Positions 10,221-20,047 of a stretch of 64,000 nt of DNA are shown in pieces. The stretch's first letter is position 1; the number at the start of each line of letters is the position of its first letter. The position numbers and the translations under genes were made by a program. The notes under the pieces were generated by a model that worked only from the letters and a program-made list of their open reading frames with translations, was not told where the DNA came from and made no database searches. Origin of the DNA: Noviherbaspirillum sp. (GTDB lineage: Bacteria > Pseudomonadota > Gammaproteobacteria > Burkholderiales > Burkholderiaceae_D); contig DATLIB010000173.1 of the NCBI GenBank assembly GCA_035539595.1, positions 4,988 to 68,987 on the forward strand, given 5' to 3'.

Positions 10221-10249
10221 AAAAAGCCGCACTGAAGTGCGGCTTTTTT
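10221..10249. terminator. Bidirectional intrinsic terminator
   Basis: aaaaagccgcact-ga-agtgcggcttttt between convergent genes. Confidence 0.85.
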
Positions 10250-10268
10250 ACTGGGAAATCCTGTTTTG

Positions 10269-10472
10269 TCAGTAACGAAACCCGGTTGGCTGAATCCATC
10301 CTTGGTTATATGCAATCAGGATGAGGATAAAGAGCGCGATTGAGAATCCGACCCGCATTCCCAATGCGCGTACTGTGCGATTGCTTTTTCCCTTATCCCG
10401 CATCAGATAAAAGAGTGCGGAAGCGAGGCTACCGAGAATGAAGATGAATGCAATGGCAACAATGATTTTCAT
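10269..10472 (-). CDS. Twin transmembrane helix small protein (DUF2909/HIG1-like)
   Basis: MKIIVAIAFIFILGSLASALFYLMRDKGKSNRTVRALGMRVGFS..GWIQP; usual position in cox cluster. Confidence 0.88.
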   Translation of the reverse strand: MKIIVAIAFIFILGSLASALFYLMRDKGKSNRTVRALGMRVGFSIALFILILIAYNQGWIQPTGFRY

Positions 10473-10535
10473 GACGAGAGAATGATGTGTCCGTGCAGCA
10501 CACGGGGTTTTGATGCTGAATAAAGAGTCATTGTA

Positions 10536-11246
10536 ATGCCAATCAAATTCAGACTTAGATGGGTTCCGTTCATCGCCACGGTAGTTGTGGTAGCGATCGG
10601 CATATTGCTGGGTAATTGGCAAACGCGGCGTGCGCTCGAGAAAGAGGCGGTCGAAGCAAAATTATCAGCGCGTGAATCGGCTCCCCCGCTTGCCTTGAGT
10701 GCTGCGCCGACTTCAGCTGAGGAACTTGAGTACAGACGGGGGCTTGTTCGAGGTGAGTTTATTCATGACTGGACCGTGTATCTGGATAACAGGCCATACA
10801 AAGGGAGTGCCGGTTTTTATGTGCTAACCCCATTGAAAATAGCAGGCTCGGATATGCATATTTTGGTCGCACGCGGCTGGGCGAAACGGGATCTTGCAGA
10901 CCGGACAAAACTACCATCGATTATCACTCCAGAGGGAAAGATAGAGATAGAGGGTGCTGTGAGGCGTCACTCAAGCCAAGTGCTGCAGCTTGGAAACGCA
11001 GAGCCGCTACGTTCTAAAGCAATCGTGCAAAATGTAACCCCCTCGGACTTCGAGCAGGTTGGATTGCACATGCAGCCCTTCATCATTGAGCAATTAACGG
11101 ATACGGGGGACGGTTTGGTGCGGGACTGGCCAAGACCGTCGATAGGTGTGGAGAAACATCGTGGTTATGCCTTTCAGTGGTATGGATTGGCCGCAATGGC
11201 ACTGATCTTTTTTGTCGTGACAGGATTGAAACGTGGAAGACAATAA
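10536..11246 (+). CDS. SURF1 family cytochrome oxidase biogenesis protein
   Basis: LGNWQTRRA, LDNR, VARGW, HRGYAFQWY. Confidence 0.93.
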   Translation: MPIKFRLRWVPFIATVVVVAIGILLGNWQTRRALEKEAVEAKLSARESAPPLALSAAPTSAEELEYRRGLVRGEFIHDWTVYLDNRPYKGSAGFYVLTPLKIAGSDMHILVARGWAKRDLADRTKLPSIITPEGKIEIEGAVRRHSSQVLQLGNAEPLRSKAIVQNVTPSDFEQVGLHMQPFIIEQLTDTGDGLVRDWPRPSIGVEKHRGYAFQWYGLAAMALIFFVVTGLKRGRQ

Positions 11247-11823
11247 GCAACAAAAGATGGGGCGCTGGAAGTTGTTTGCAGTGATAGCGGTCTGCGCTGC
11301 ACCAATGATAGCTTCGTATTTGACGTATTACGTCATCAAGCCGGAAGGACGTACGAATTATGGTGCGTTGATCGATCCGAAATCGCATCCGATGCCGGCA
11401 CTTGGAGCCACGGCGCTAGATGGTCGGCCGCTCGGTCTCGATGCCTACAAAGGCAAGTGGATCATCCTGCAGGTCGCCGATGCAGAGTGTAAGGAATCTT
11501 GTCGCAAGCACTTGCATGACATGCGACAACTGCGCTTGGCGCAAGGAAAGGATATGGACCGCATTGAACGTGTGTGGCTGATTACCGATGAGGCACCACT
11601 GGAAACCATGCTGATGCGCGAATACGACGGCACACATATGCTGCGAGTGAACCCAGAGAGGGTAAAGACCTGGCTACCCACTTTGCCGGGTGGAGATGCA
11701 GCGGACCATATTTACATGATTGATCCACTAGGGAATCTGATGATGCGCTTTCCCAAGGATGCCGATCCGAACAAAATCAAGCGGGATCTTTCCAAATTGC
11801 TAAAAGCGTCACGCATCGGATAA
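11233..11823 (+). CDS. Membrane-anchored Sco/thioredoxin-like cox assembly protein
   Basis: N-terminal TM, CKESC (CxxxC), IDPLGNLMMRF. Confidence 0.8.
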   Translation: MEDNKQQKMGRWKLFAVIAVCAAPMIASYLTYYVIKPEGRTNYGALIDPKSHPMPALGATALDGRPLGLDAYKGKWIILQVADAECKESCRKHLHDMRQLRLAQGKDMDRIERVWLITDEAPLETMLMREYDGTHMLRVNPERVKTWLPTLPGGDAADHIYMIDPLGNLMMRFPKDADPNKIKRDLSKLLKASRIG

Positions 11824-12947
11824 TGGATACCTCTATGCTGATACAGCTTGCCATCAAGGGGCTGCTAGCGGCTTTGCTGCCGATTATTGTTGTTTGGGTG
11901 TCCAGTGATGCCAACAAATATCGAAAGTTGATTTGGGTAACGGCATTCCTCACCTTTGATCTGATTATGTTTGGCGCTTTTACGCGCTTGACTGATTCCG
12001 GTCTTGGGTGCCCTGACTGGCCGGGCTGCTATGGACACGCCAATCCGTTACAGGCCATCGACAAAATCCGTGAGGCCGAAGCGCTAATGCCGAATGGACC
12101 TGTGACCGTCATCAAGGCATGGATCGAAATGATCCATCGTTATTTTGCGATGGGTGTAGGCGTACTCATCATCGCTATCATGGCGATTTCGTGGCGCTTG
12201 TGGCTCAAATCAAAGAGGCAGTCCGACCAGTTTTCACCGTGGCTGCCCACGGTCTTATTCATTTTCGTGTGTGTACAAGGCGCGTTCGGCGCGTGGACTG
12301 TGACCATGAAGCTGCAACCTGTCATTGTCACTATTCATCTTCTGTTAGGCATGAGCTTGTTGGCATTGTTGGCATGGGCAGGGGCGCGCCAAAATGATCA
12401 TCAGCCAGTTGCCACGATAGCGATGAAGCTGCGCGTGCCAGCGACTGCGGCATTGGCGTTGCTGTTCATCCAGATTGCCTTGGGTGGATGGGTTAGCACC
12501 AACTATGCAGCGCTCGCCTGTCTTGATTTTCCGATGTGCGACGGTGCCCTGATTCCACAAATGGATTTTGGTAATGGCTTCACGCTGTGGCGCGACTTGG
12601 GGAAAACGGCTAGCGGTGACTACCTGCCTTTCCCGGCGCTGACGGCAATTCATTGGGTACACCGCATGTTTGCTTTTGTTGTCGTCCTGTTCATCGTGTG
12701 GGCGGCGCATAAAGCGATGCAAATAGAAGGTTTGCAGCGGGTCGGGAAGTGGCTTCTGGTAGCGGTGGTTGTTCAGTTTTTTATTGGTGTCTCCACTATT
12801 TTTCTTCGATGGCCTTTGGCATTGGCGGTGGCGCACAATGGTGGGGCGACGGTCCTTGTCATGTTACTGGTCATGTTAAACTACCGCACTCGCATTCCGG
12901 GACAAACGGCAACGGATCAAGCGATAACGCGGCTTTCGACCGCATGA
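11823..12947 (+). CDS. ctaA: Heme A synthase (COX15/CtaA)
   Basis: [28 protein letters not shown]. Confidence 0.95.
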   Translation: MDTSMLIQLAIKGLLAALLPIIVVWVSSDANKYRKLIWVTAFLTFDLIMFGAFTRLTDSGLGCPDWPGCYGHANPLQAIDKIREAEALMPNGPVTVIKAWIEMIHRYFAMGVGVLIIAIMAISWRLWLKSKRQSDQFSPWLPTVLFIFVCVQGAFGAWTVTMKLQPVIVTIHLLLGMSLLALLAWAGARQNDHQPVATIAMKLRVPATAALALLFIQIALGGWVSTNYAALACLDFPMCDGALIPQMDFGNGFTLWRDLGKTASGDYLPFPALTAIHWVHRMFAFVVVLFIVWAAHKAMQIEGLQRVGKWLLVAVVVQFFIGVSTIFLRWPLALAVAHNGGATVLVMLLVMLNYRTRIPGQTATDQAITRLSTA

Positions 12948-12954
12948 GATTCAA

Positions 12955-13839
12955 GTGACTACCCTTACCGCACAATCTACCCGCCTCGCCCAGTACTGGG
13001 CATTGACCAAGCCGCGCGTAACGCAATTAGCTGTGTTTTGCGCCGTGATAGGCATGTTTCTGGCTGCTCCCGGTCTGCCTGATTGGAGAGTTGTCGTGGC
13101 CGCAACCGTCGGTATCTGGCTGCTTGCTGGTGCTGCTTTTGCTGTGAACTGCCTGGTGGAGCGTGAAATTGATTCGCGGATGGCGCGCACAGCGCGCCGG
13201 CCAATGGCACGGGGCGAAATAACGGTGCCACAGACCTTGGCGTTTTCGGGTGTGATCGGCGGTGCCGGAATGTGGATACTGTTTGGCTTCGTCAACCCCT
13301 TGACCATGTGGCTAACCTTCGCCACGTTCGTGGGGTACGCAGTGATTTACACGATGTTGCTCAAGCCTGCCACGCCGCAAAACATTGTGATTGGCGGCTT
13401 GTCCGGCGCCATGCCGCCAGCCTTGGGCTGGGCTGCGGTTGCGAACGATGTGCCGATGCAGGCATGGATACTTGTGCTCATTATTTTTGTTTGGACGCCA
13501 CCACACTTCTGGGCGCTCGCCTTGTATAGACGAGATGATTATGCGAAGTCCGGACTGCCGATGCTTCCTGTCACGCATGGCTTGAAATTTACACAATTTC
13601 ACATTTGGTTGTACACCATTGCACTGGTCGCAACGACCATGCTGCCTTATGCGGTGCGAATGAGTGGACTCATCTATCTGGTCAGTGCAATAGCGCTGGG
13701 CATAATCTTTCTTTGGCATGCATGGCGACTTTACCGCCATTACACCGATCTTTTCGCACGCCAAACCTTCACCTATTCAATCGTTTATCTGTCGCTGCTG
13801 TTTGTAGCTTTGCTGATTGACCACTACTTTAAGTTTTAA
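12955..13839 (+). CDS. cyoE: Protoheme IX farnesyltransferase (heme O synthase)
   Basis: [32 protein letters not shown]. Confidence 0.96.
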   Translation: MTTLTAQSTRLAQYWALTKPRVTQLAVFCAVIGMFLAAPGLPDWRVVVAATVGIWLLAGAAFAVNCLVEREIDSRMARTARRPMARGEITVPQTLAFSGVIGGAGMWILFGFVNPLTMWLTFATFVGYAVIYTMLLKPATPQNIVIGGLSGAMPPALGWAAVANDVPMQAWILVLIIFVWTPPHFWALALYRRDDYAKSGLPMLPVTHGLKFTQFHIWLYTIALVATTMLPYAVRMSGLIYLVSAIALGIIFLWHAWRLYRHYTDLFARQTFTYSIVYLSLLFVALLIDHYFKF

Positions 13840-13844
13840 ATTCT

Positions 13845-14474
13845 ATGCTTTTCTTTTCCGTTAGAGGCTTTGCCTCATTCGCGCTTATTCTCTCCGTGAT
13901 GTTTCTGAGTGCTTGTGAACGGTCGGAAGAGAGTGCGGAAATGATCCTGTCGCCAGCCAAAACAGAATTCAAAAACACCGATGTTACTGGTCTTGACTAC
14001 GCAAAGGATTTCGCGTTGACCGATCACCATGGAAAAATGCGCACTCTTGCCGATTTCAAGGGTAAGGCAGTGGTAGTGTTCTTCGGCTACACTCATTGCC
14101 CGGACGTGTGTCCGACAACCATGGCAGAAATGGCCAACGTCATGCAGCAGCTTGGTCCGGACGCGAACAAGGTGCAGGTACTATTCGTTACCGTCGACCC
14201 CGAGCGCGACACGCCGGAATTGCTGGCAAAGTATGTTCCTGCGTTTGATCCCCGCTTTCTTGGACTGGTGGGGGATAAGGAGTCTACGGACAAGATAGCC
14301 AAGGAATTCAAGGCTTTCTATCAGAAAGTCCCGGGCAAAGAGCCGGGCAGTTACACCATGGATCACATATCGGGGAGCTATGTATTCGACCCCCAAGGAC
14401 GCATCAGACTATTCGTACGACACGGCCAAGGGCCAGAGCCGATCATGCATGACTTGAGATTGCTGTTGTCGTAA
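13845..14474 (+). CDS. SCO1/SenC family copper chaperone (lipoprotein)
   Basis: LSAC lipobox, FGYTHCPDVCP, VDPERDT, MDH. Confidence 0.94.
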   Translation: MLFFSVRGFASFALILSVMFLSACERSEESAEMILSPAKTEFKNTDVTGLDYAKDFALTDHHGKMRTLADFKGKAVVVFFGYTHCPDVCPTTMAEMANVMQQLGPDANKVQVLFVTVDPERDTPELLAKYVPAFDPRFLGLVGDKESTDKIAKEFKAFYQKVPGKEPGSYTMDHISGSYVFDPQGRIRLFVRHGQGPEPIMHDLRLLLS

Positions 14475-14496
14475 TTGGCAACTAACTCAGAAAAGT

Positions 14497-14525
14497 AAAA
14501 AGGCGCTTGATTTAGCGCCTTTTTT
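14497..14525. terminator. Bidirectional intrinsic terminator
   Basis: aaaaaggcgct-tgattt-agcgcctttttt between convergent sco and rpoH. Confidence 0.85.
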
Positions 14526-14540
14526 ATTGCCTTTCAATAC

Positions 14541-15437
14541 TTATGCGAAAGCCGCAAGTGCCCCTTTCATCTTTTTTAAAGCCGCACTTTCGATTTGGCG
14601 AATTCGCTCGGCGGATACGCCAAACTCGTCAGCCAACTCATGCAGGGTCGCCCCAGAACCGTCATCATTGGCCAGCCAGCGCGCTTCGACAATGCGCCGT
14701 GAACGGGTATCGAGCTTTTCCAGTGCCGTCTCCAAGCCTTCCGATTGCAGACGATCATACTGCTTCGCCTCCAGCGCTTTGATCGGCTCGGTAGCCTCGG
14801 AGGACAGGTAGGCAATCGGTGCGAACTTGTCGTCCTCATCGTCAGACGGCGAGTCCAGTGCGATGTCGTGACCAGACATACGGGTTTCCATCTCGATCAC
14901 TTCTTCACGCTTGACGTTTAAGGCTTGCGCCAAGTCGTCCACCTGTGCCGGCGTCATCGTATCAAGGCTTTCTTTATGGCTGCGTAAATTGAAGAATAAC
15001 TTTCGTTGTGCCTTGGTTGTTGCCACCTTAACCAAGCGCCAGTTCTTCAAAATATATTCGTGCATTTCAGCCTTGATCCAGTGCATTGCATACGATACAA
15101 GACGTACGCCTTGATCCGGATCGAAACGTTTTACGGCCTTCATTAAACCAATGTTGCCTTCCTGGATAAGGTCTGCATGGGGAAGACCGTAACCTAGATA
15201 GCCACGGGCAATAGATACTACCAAGCGCAAATGAGACATCACTAGCTTTTGTGCCGCCCCGAGGTCATTTTTGTCCCGCAATTCACGGGCCAAGGAAATT
15301 TCCTCTTCCGGCGTAAGCATTGGAATCCGGTTGACAGCCGAAATATACGATTCAATGTTGCCAAGACCCCCGCCAAAAGCGAGTCCCAACGCCTGACTGC
15401 TTACCGGAACCAGTGCAGATTGTGCAGATGCTTTCAT
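14541..15437 (-). CDS. rpoH: RNA polymerase sigma-32 factor
   Basis: RpoH box QRKLFFNLR, DLIQEGNIGLMKAV, SAERIRQIE. Confidence 0.97.
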   Translation of the reverse strand: MKASAQSALVPVSSQALGLAFGGGLGNIESYISAVNRIPMLTPEEEISLARELRDKNDLGAAQKLVMSHLRLVVSIARGYLGYGLPHADLIQEGNIGLMKAVKRFDPDQGVRLVSYAMHWIKAEMHEYILKNWRLVKVATTKAQRKLFFNLRSHKESLDTMTPAQVDDLAQALNVKREEVIEMETRMSGHDIALDSPSDDEDDKFAPIAYLSSEATEPIKALEAKQYDRLQSEGLETALEKLDTRSRRIVEARWLANDDGSGATLHELADEFGVSAERIRQIESAALKKMKGALAAFA

Positions 15438-15504
15438 GGTTTCTCCTTACTTCTCTAGCGACAACCGGATTATGAGTTGTCACGGTCTGCTTTTGGAAAT
15501 TATA

Positions 15505-15531
15505 TTAGCACTCAAACGTGAAGAGTGCTAA
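15505..15531. promoter_or_regulatory. CIRCE operator (HrcA site) upstream of rpoH
   Basis: Exact TTAGCACTC-N9-GAGTGCTAA; abuts a minus-strand TATAAT at 15499-15504. Confidence 0.95.
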
Positions 15532-15672
15532 TCGATGTTTTCAACCGATTTTATAAATAATTTCTATGGTTTTGTTGATGTCAATTGAAGCAATCTCTTA
15601 AAGGTGACCTCAAAAGAAAAGTTGCGTTTAATTAAACAAGAGCGACGTAACTCAAGATAGCGCCCGCTGAGA

Positions 15673-16599
15673 TCAGGACAACCGAGAAAGATGCCGCCTT
15701 ACTGAAAACCAAGCGCCAATCAGTCCCAAGCCGGCGCTTATTATTAATAATGCAAGAGTGGTTGTCGCGCTTAAGGGATTGAGGCGAAATTCCGAGGCGT
15801 ACAGACGTGCAAACTCGGCGACCGCATTATTGAGGGGCTGCAATGCCAAGCCGACGACTCCCAGAGCGGCCGCTCCCGCCATCAGGCCTAATACCGCCCC
15901 AGTGTAGTAAAACGGGCGGCAAATAAACGAATCGGTAGCACCGAACATACGACAGACCTCGATTTCATCGCGCTGGGTCATGACCTGTAGGCGGATAGTG
16001 TTGAATACCACCGCCACTACAACGACACCTAGGGTGGTAGCCAAGAAAACCAGGGCCAGGCGGAGCACATGCATTAGCGCACCAAGTCGTTTTACCCAAG
16101 CGGAATCAATCTGCACATACTCTACGTCAGGCAAAGATTTTAATTGTACGGCGAGGGTTTCGATGCGCGCAGCATCGGATGCATTTCGTAGCCCCGCTAG
16201 TTTCAATACATATCCGTCCGGCAGCGGATTTTCGCCTAGCGCGGTAATGGCGTCGGATAGCCCGGTTTTATTCTTGAGTAAAGATAGTGCTCGTTCGCGC
16301 GGAATGAATTCCAGTCTGGCGCCGTGCCCCGATGCTTGTACGATACGTCGGATCTGGGGGGCTAACGCTGCAGCCCGTTCACTTGGCATATCCATGGACA
16401 GGAAAATGCTGATTTCCGGTTCAACTGCGAGTTGTTCGGAAATTGGACGAATGTTTTCCAATAACGTTAGTCCGGCAAAAGGCAACGCTAGCGCTATCGC
16501 AACGACCAGCATGTTTAATACAAAGCTGCCAGGCGATCCAGTAATGTGTTTGAGGGTATTGGCTAACGCAAAGCCGTGTTCTCTTAGCCAGCGGATCAT
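15673..16599 (-). CDS. ftsX: Cell division permease FtsX
   Basis: ENPLP, FNTIRLQV, GATDSFICRPF; follows ftsE. Confidence 0.93.
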   Translation of the reverse strand: MIRWLREHGFALANTLKHITGSPGSFVLNMLVVAIALALPFAGLTLLENIRPISEQLAVEPEISIFLSMDMPSERAAALAPQIRRIVQASGHGARLEFIPRERALSLLKNKTGLSDAITALGENPLPDGYVLKLAGLRNASDAARIETLAVQLKSLPDVEYVQIDSAWVKRLGALMHVLRLALVFLATTLGVVVVAVVFNTIRLQVMTQRDEIEVCRMFGATDSFICRPFYYTGAVLGLMAGAAALGVVGLALQPLNNAVAEFARLYASEFRLNPLSATTTLALLIISAGLGLIGAWFSVRRHLSRLS

Positions 16600-17279
16600 G
16601 CGGCACCTTGCATAGATTTGTCCAAGGGATAAGGGGCAGATTGCCCTCGCTCCAAGTAAATCACACGCTCGGCACCAGCGAGGATGTTTTCATCATGGGT
16701 GGCGATAAGGCAGGTGACGCCGACGCCGTGAAATGCGCGTAGCGCTTCCATTATTCTGGTGGCGCTGGCGCGGTCTAGATTCGCGGTCGGTTCGTCTGCC
16801 AAAATGATTTGCGGACGATTGACAATGGCGCGTGCTATAGCAACGCGCTGTTGCTCCCCACCGGAAAGTGACATTGGATCTAAGGCAGCTTTATCGAGCA
16901 GATCGACCTTGTCGAGTGCGGCACGCGCACGCCGCTCGGCATCGGCTTTGGCCGTGCCAATGACTAGAAGCGGTAGCATCACGTTGGATAAAACACTTCG
17001 GTTATTCAGCAGGCATTGTTGTTGGAACATAAGACCAAGTTTACGCCGCAAGTACGGCAACCCGGATGACTTCAGACGTCCGATATCCTGACCGTTGACG
17101 AGCACCGTACCTGAAGTGGGCCGTTCCATTGCTGCAACCATCTTGAGCAGAGTCGACTTGCCGGCGCCCGACGGACCCGCGAGAAATGCCAGCTCGCCCT
17201 TGGCAATCGAGAGCGTGATGCCTGACAGTGCGGCAGTATCACGCGAATACTGTTTTGAAACCTGTTGAAATTCGATCAT
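16596..17279 (-). CDS. ftsE: Cell division ATP-binding protein FtsE
   Basis: GPSGAGKS, LSGGEQQRV, LADEPTANLD; between ftsY and ftsX. Confidence 0.93.
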   Translation of the reverse strand: MIEFQQVSKQYSRDTAALSGITLSIAKGELAFLAGPSGAGKSTLLKMVAAMERPTSGTVLVNGQDIGRLKSSGLPYLRRKLGLMFQQQCLLNNRSVLSNVMLPLLVIGTAKADAERRARAALDKVDLLDKAALDPMSLSGGEQQRVAIARAIVNRPQIILADEPTANLDRASATRIMEALRAFHGVGVTCLIATHDENILAGAERVIYLERGQSAPYPLDKSMQGAA

Positions 17280-17282
17280 AAG

Positions 17283-18521
17283 TCAGCTCAGCAGCGCAGT
17301 GACGAACTCTTCCGCGTCAAAAGGCTGCAAGTCTTCTATTTTTTCCCCGACGCCGATGAAATACACCGGCACGGGCCGCGTTTTCGCAATTGCCGCTAAT
17401 ACTCCTCCCTTGGCGGTACCGTCGAGCTTGGTAATAACAAGCCCGGTCAATTGCAGCGCATCATCAAAGGCCTTCACCTGCGCTAGGGCATTCTGTCCTG
17501 TATTCCCGTCGATAACCAACAGGATTTCATGCGGTGCGTCATTCATACCCTTGCCGATGACGCGTTTGACCTTCTTCAGCTCCTCCATCAAATGCAGCTG
17601 TGTCGGCAGTCGACCGGCAGTATCGATCATCACGATGTCGACTTGACGCGCTTTTGCGGACTGCACTGCGTCGAAAGCAACTGCAGCAGGATCACCGGAT
17701 TCCTGAGCGATCACGGTGACATTATTACGCTCACCCCAGATCGCCAGCTGTTCGCGTGCAGCGGCGCGGAAGGTATCGCCCGCGGCCAGCAATACCGACT
17801 GTTGATGCGCTTGAAGATGTTTCGCCAGTTTGCCGATGGTGGTGGTTTTTCCTGCACCGTTGACACCTGTAATCATCATGACTAAGGGTTGATGGCGGCC
17901 GAGAACCATCGGCTTTTGTAGGGGCGTCAGCATATCGATCAACAATATGCGCAACGCAGACTTCACTTGTTGTGCGTCGGTCAGTTTCTCGTTTTTTACC
18001 TTTTTCTTTAGGGCGTCGAGCAGGAATTGAGTGGCATCTACGCCAGCGTCTGACATTAGCAGCGCCGACTCCAATTCTTCGTAAAGATCATCATTGATCT
18101 TGGCACCGACAAAAAGGGTGGTCAGATTGGTCGATGTTTTGGATAAGCCAGCTTTGAGCCGCCGCATCCATGATTGTTTCTGCTCGGGCAGCTGCGGGGC
18201 AGCAGGGACAATCTCGCCTTCCGGTTCCGGCTCGGTTGCTGCTGGTGGGACGTTGGGCGCTTGTACGGACGTAAGTTCCGGCACCGCATTCGGTGTCGGG
18301 GCAGGCACTTCCACAGGGGGAGTGTCTTTCTTGAACCACTGTCGCCACGATGATTTCTGTGCCTCATCAGGAGCGGCTTCGGTAAGCTGCGTTGTGTGCT
18401 CCGGCATCGCGACTGGCGTCTCTGCCGGCGCTGCAGCCACGGCACTAGGTGTTTCGTCATGCGGTACGGTTTCCTGCACTGCAGGCGTATCTTTCGGTTT
18501 TTTCTTGAAGAAGCTAAACAT
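17283..18521 (-). CDS. ftsY: SRP receptor FtsY
   Basis: GVNGAGKTT, DTFRAAA, DTAGR, TKLDGTAKGG; Pro/Ala/Glu-rich N-terminal region. Confidence 0.97.
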   Translation of the reverse strand: MFSFFKKKPKDTPAVQETVPHDETPSAVAAAPAETPVAMPEHTTQLTEAAPDEAQKSSWRQWFKKDTPPVEVPAPTPNAVPELTSVQAPNVPPAATEPEPEGEIVPAAPQLPEQKQSWMRRLKAGLSKTSTNLTTLFVGAKINDDLYEELESALLMSDAGVDATQFLLDALKKKVKNEKLTDAQQVKSALRILLIDMLTPLQKPMVLGRHQPLVMMITGVNGAGKTTTIGKLAKHLQAHQQSVLLAAGDTFRAAAREQLAIWGERNNVTVIAQESGDPAAVAFDAVQSAKARQVDIVMIDTAGRLPTQLHLMEELKKVKRVIGKGMNDAPHEILLVIDGNTGQNALAQVKAFDDALQLTGLVITKLDGTAKGGVLAAIAKTRPVPVYFIGVGEKIEDLQPFDAEEFVTALLS

Positions 18522-18662
18522 CGGAGCAGGGGAGGAAAGCGGTCTGGAAAGCTTGCGGCGTCTGTGCCGAAAGAAGATACAATCGGGACCTCTTTTACGC
18601 GTGATGTTGTCTCACTACGTCACGACATCAAACAGGTTCCCTATTTTATCAGAGCGGAGATT

Positions 18663-20033
18663 ATGAAATTCCGGACTGTTTTATTGCTTTTGGCATGGAT
18701 GCTGGGTTTTTTGCCGATTGTCGCGCACGCTGTGCTTGCGCAAGAATTCATGTTGAAGAACGGTATGAAAGTGATTGTCAAGGAGGATCACCGCGCGCCT
18801 ACCGTTGCCCACATGATTTGGTACAAGGTCGGATCGATGGACGAATATAACGGCGCCACCGGTGTTGCCCATGTCTTGGAACATATGTTGTTCAAGGGGA
18901 CAAAGACGCTCAAGCCGGGAGAGTTTAGCCAACGCGTTGCCGCCCTCGGTGGGCGCGAGAATGCGTTTACCAGCAAGGATTACACCGCGTATTTCCAACA
19001 AATCGAAAAAAACCGGTTGGAACAGGTAATGGCCCTTGAGGCCGATCGCATGGCGAATACGATTTTCGACAAGAAGGAATTCGCGCAGGAAATCCGCGTG
19101 GTCATGGAAGAGCGCCGCTGGCGTACCGATGACCAACCCATCCCGCAAGTGTATGAGGCGCTGAATGCCACAGCTTTCGCAGCCCATCCTTACCGTCGTC
19201 CGATCGTCGGTTGGATGAGTGATTTGCAGAATATGACGGTGCAAGATGCAAAAAACTGGTACGAGCGGTGGTATGCCCCCAACAACGCGATTATGGTGGT
19301 GGCCGGGGATGTGGACCCCAAGCAGGTTCGCAGGCTTGCTGAAAAACATTTTGGCAAGATTGCGCGCAAGAACATACCAACCACCAAGCCGCAGGATGAG
19401 CCGCCACAGCGTGGCATCAGACGCGTGACGGTAAAGGCTCCTGCGGAAAATCCTTACGTTGTTCTTGCCTTCAAGGTTCCAGCACTACGCGATGTTGAAA
19501 AAGACAACGAATCGCATGCATTGGATGTACTGGCAGCCATTCTCGATGGCTACGACAATGCGCGTTTGAACGCGAAACTGGTACGTACCGACAAAGTTGC
19601 GAATTCGGCTGGTGCCGGCTACTCGAACGTCTCGCGCGGCCCGGAGCTGTTTCTACTTGATGGCACGCCGAGAGTTGGCGTCACCACAGAGCAGTTGGAA
19701 AAGCTGTTGCGTGCTGAGGTGGACCGCATCGCCAAGGAAGGTATTTCAGAGGCGGAACTCAAGCGCGTAAAAACGCAACTGGTTGCAGGGCAGATCTACA
19801 AGCGCGATTCCGTCTTCGGCCAAGCGATGGAAATCGGCTCAATGGAAATGAGCGGTCTGTCGCATACTCAGATCGACCGCATCATTGAAAAACTCAAGAC
19901 GGTGACGGCAGAACAGGTGCAGGCCGTGGCGCAGAAGTATTTTGGCGACGATGCGTTGACCGTGGCAACGTTAGTCCCCTTGCCTTTGTCGGAGGGAAAA
20001 GCGCCGTTGCCACTCAAGGGATTGCGGCATTGA
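18663..20033 (+). CDS. M16 family zinc peptidase (catalytic subunit)
   Basis: Signal peptide, inverted zinc motif HVLEH, NAFTS, EERR. Confidence 0.92.
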   Translation: MKFRTVLLLLAWMLGFLPIVAHAVLAQEFMLKNGMKVIVKEDHRAPTVAHMIWYKVGSMDEYNGATGVAHVLEHMLFKGTKTLKPGEFSQRVAALGGRENAFTSKDYTAYFQQIEKNRLEQVMALEADRMANTIFDKKEFAQEIRVVMEERRWRTDDQPIPQVYEALNATAFAAHPYRRPIVGWMSDLQNMTVQDAKNWYERWYAPNNAIMVVAGDVDPKQVRRLAEKHFGKIARKNIPTTKPQDEPPQRGIRRVTVKAPAENPYVVLAFKVPALRDVEKDNESHALDVLAAILDGYDNARLNAKLVRTDKVANSAGAGYSNVSRGPELFLLDGTPRVGVTTEQLEKLLRAEVDRIAKEGISEAELKRVKTQLVAGQIYKRDSVFGQAMEIGSMEMSGLSHTQIDRIIEKLKTVTAEQVQAVAQKYFGDDALTVATLVPLPLSEGKAPLPLKGLRH

Positions 20034-20047
20034 TGCCAGGGACCATC

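Noticed and set aside
15574-15590. Possible FNR box upstream of rpoH (ttgat-gtca-attga)
   Set aside because: Second half-site deviates from ATCAA in an AT-rich region
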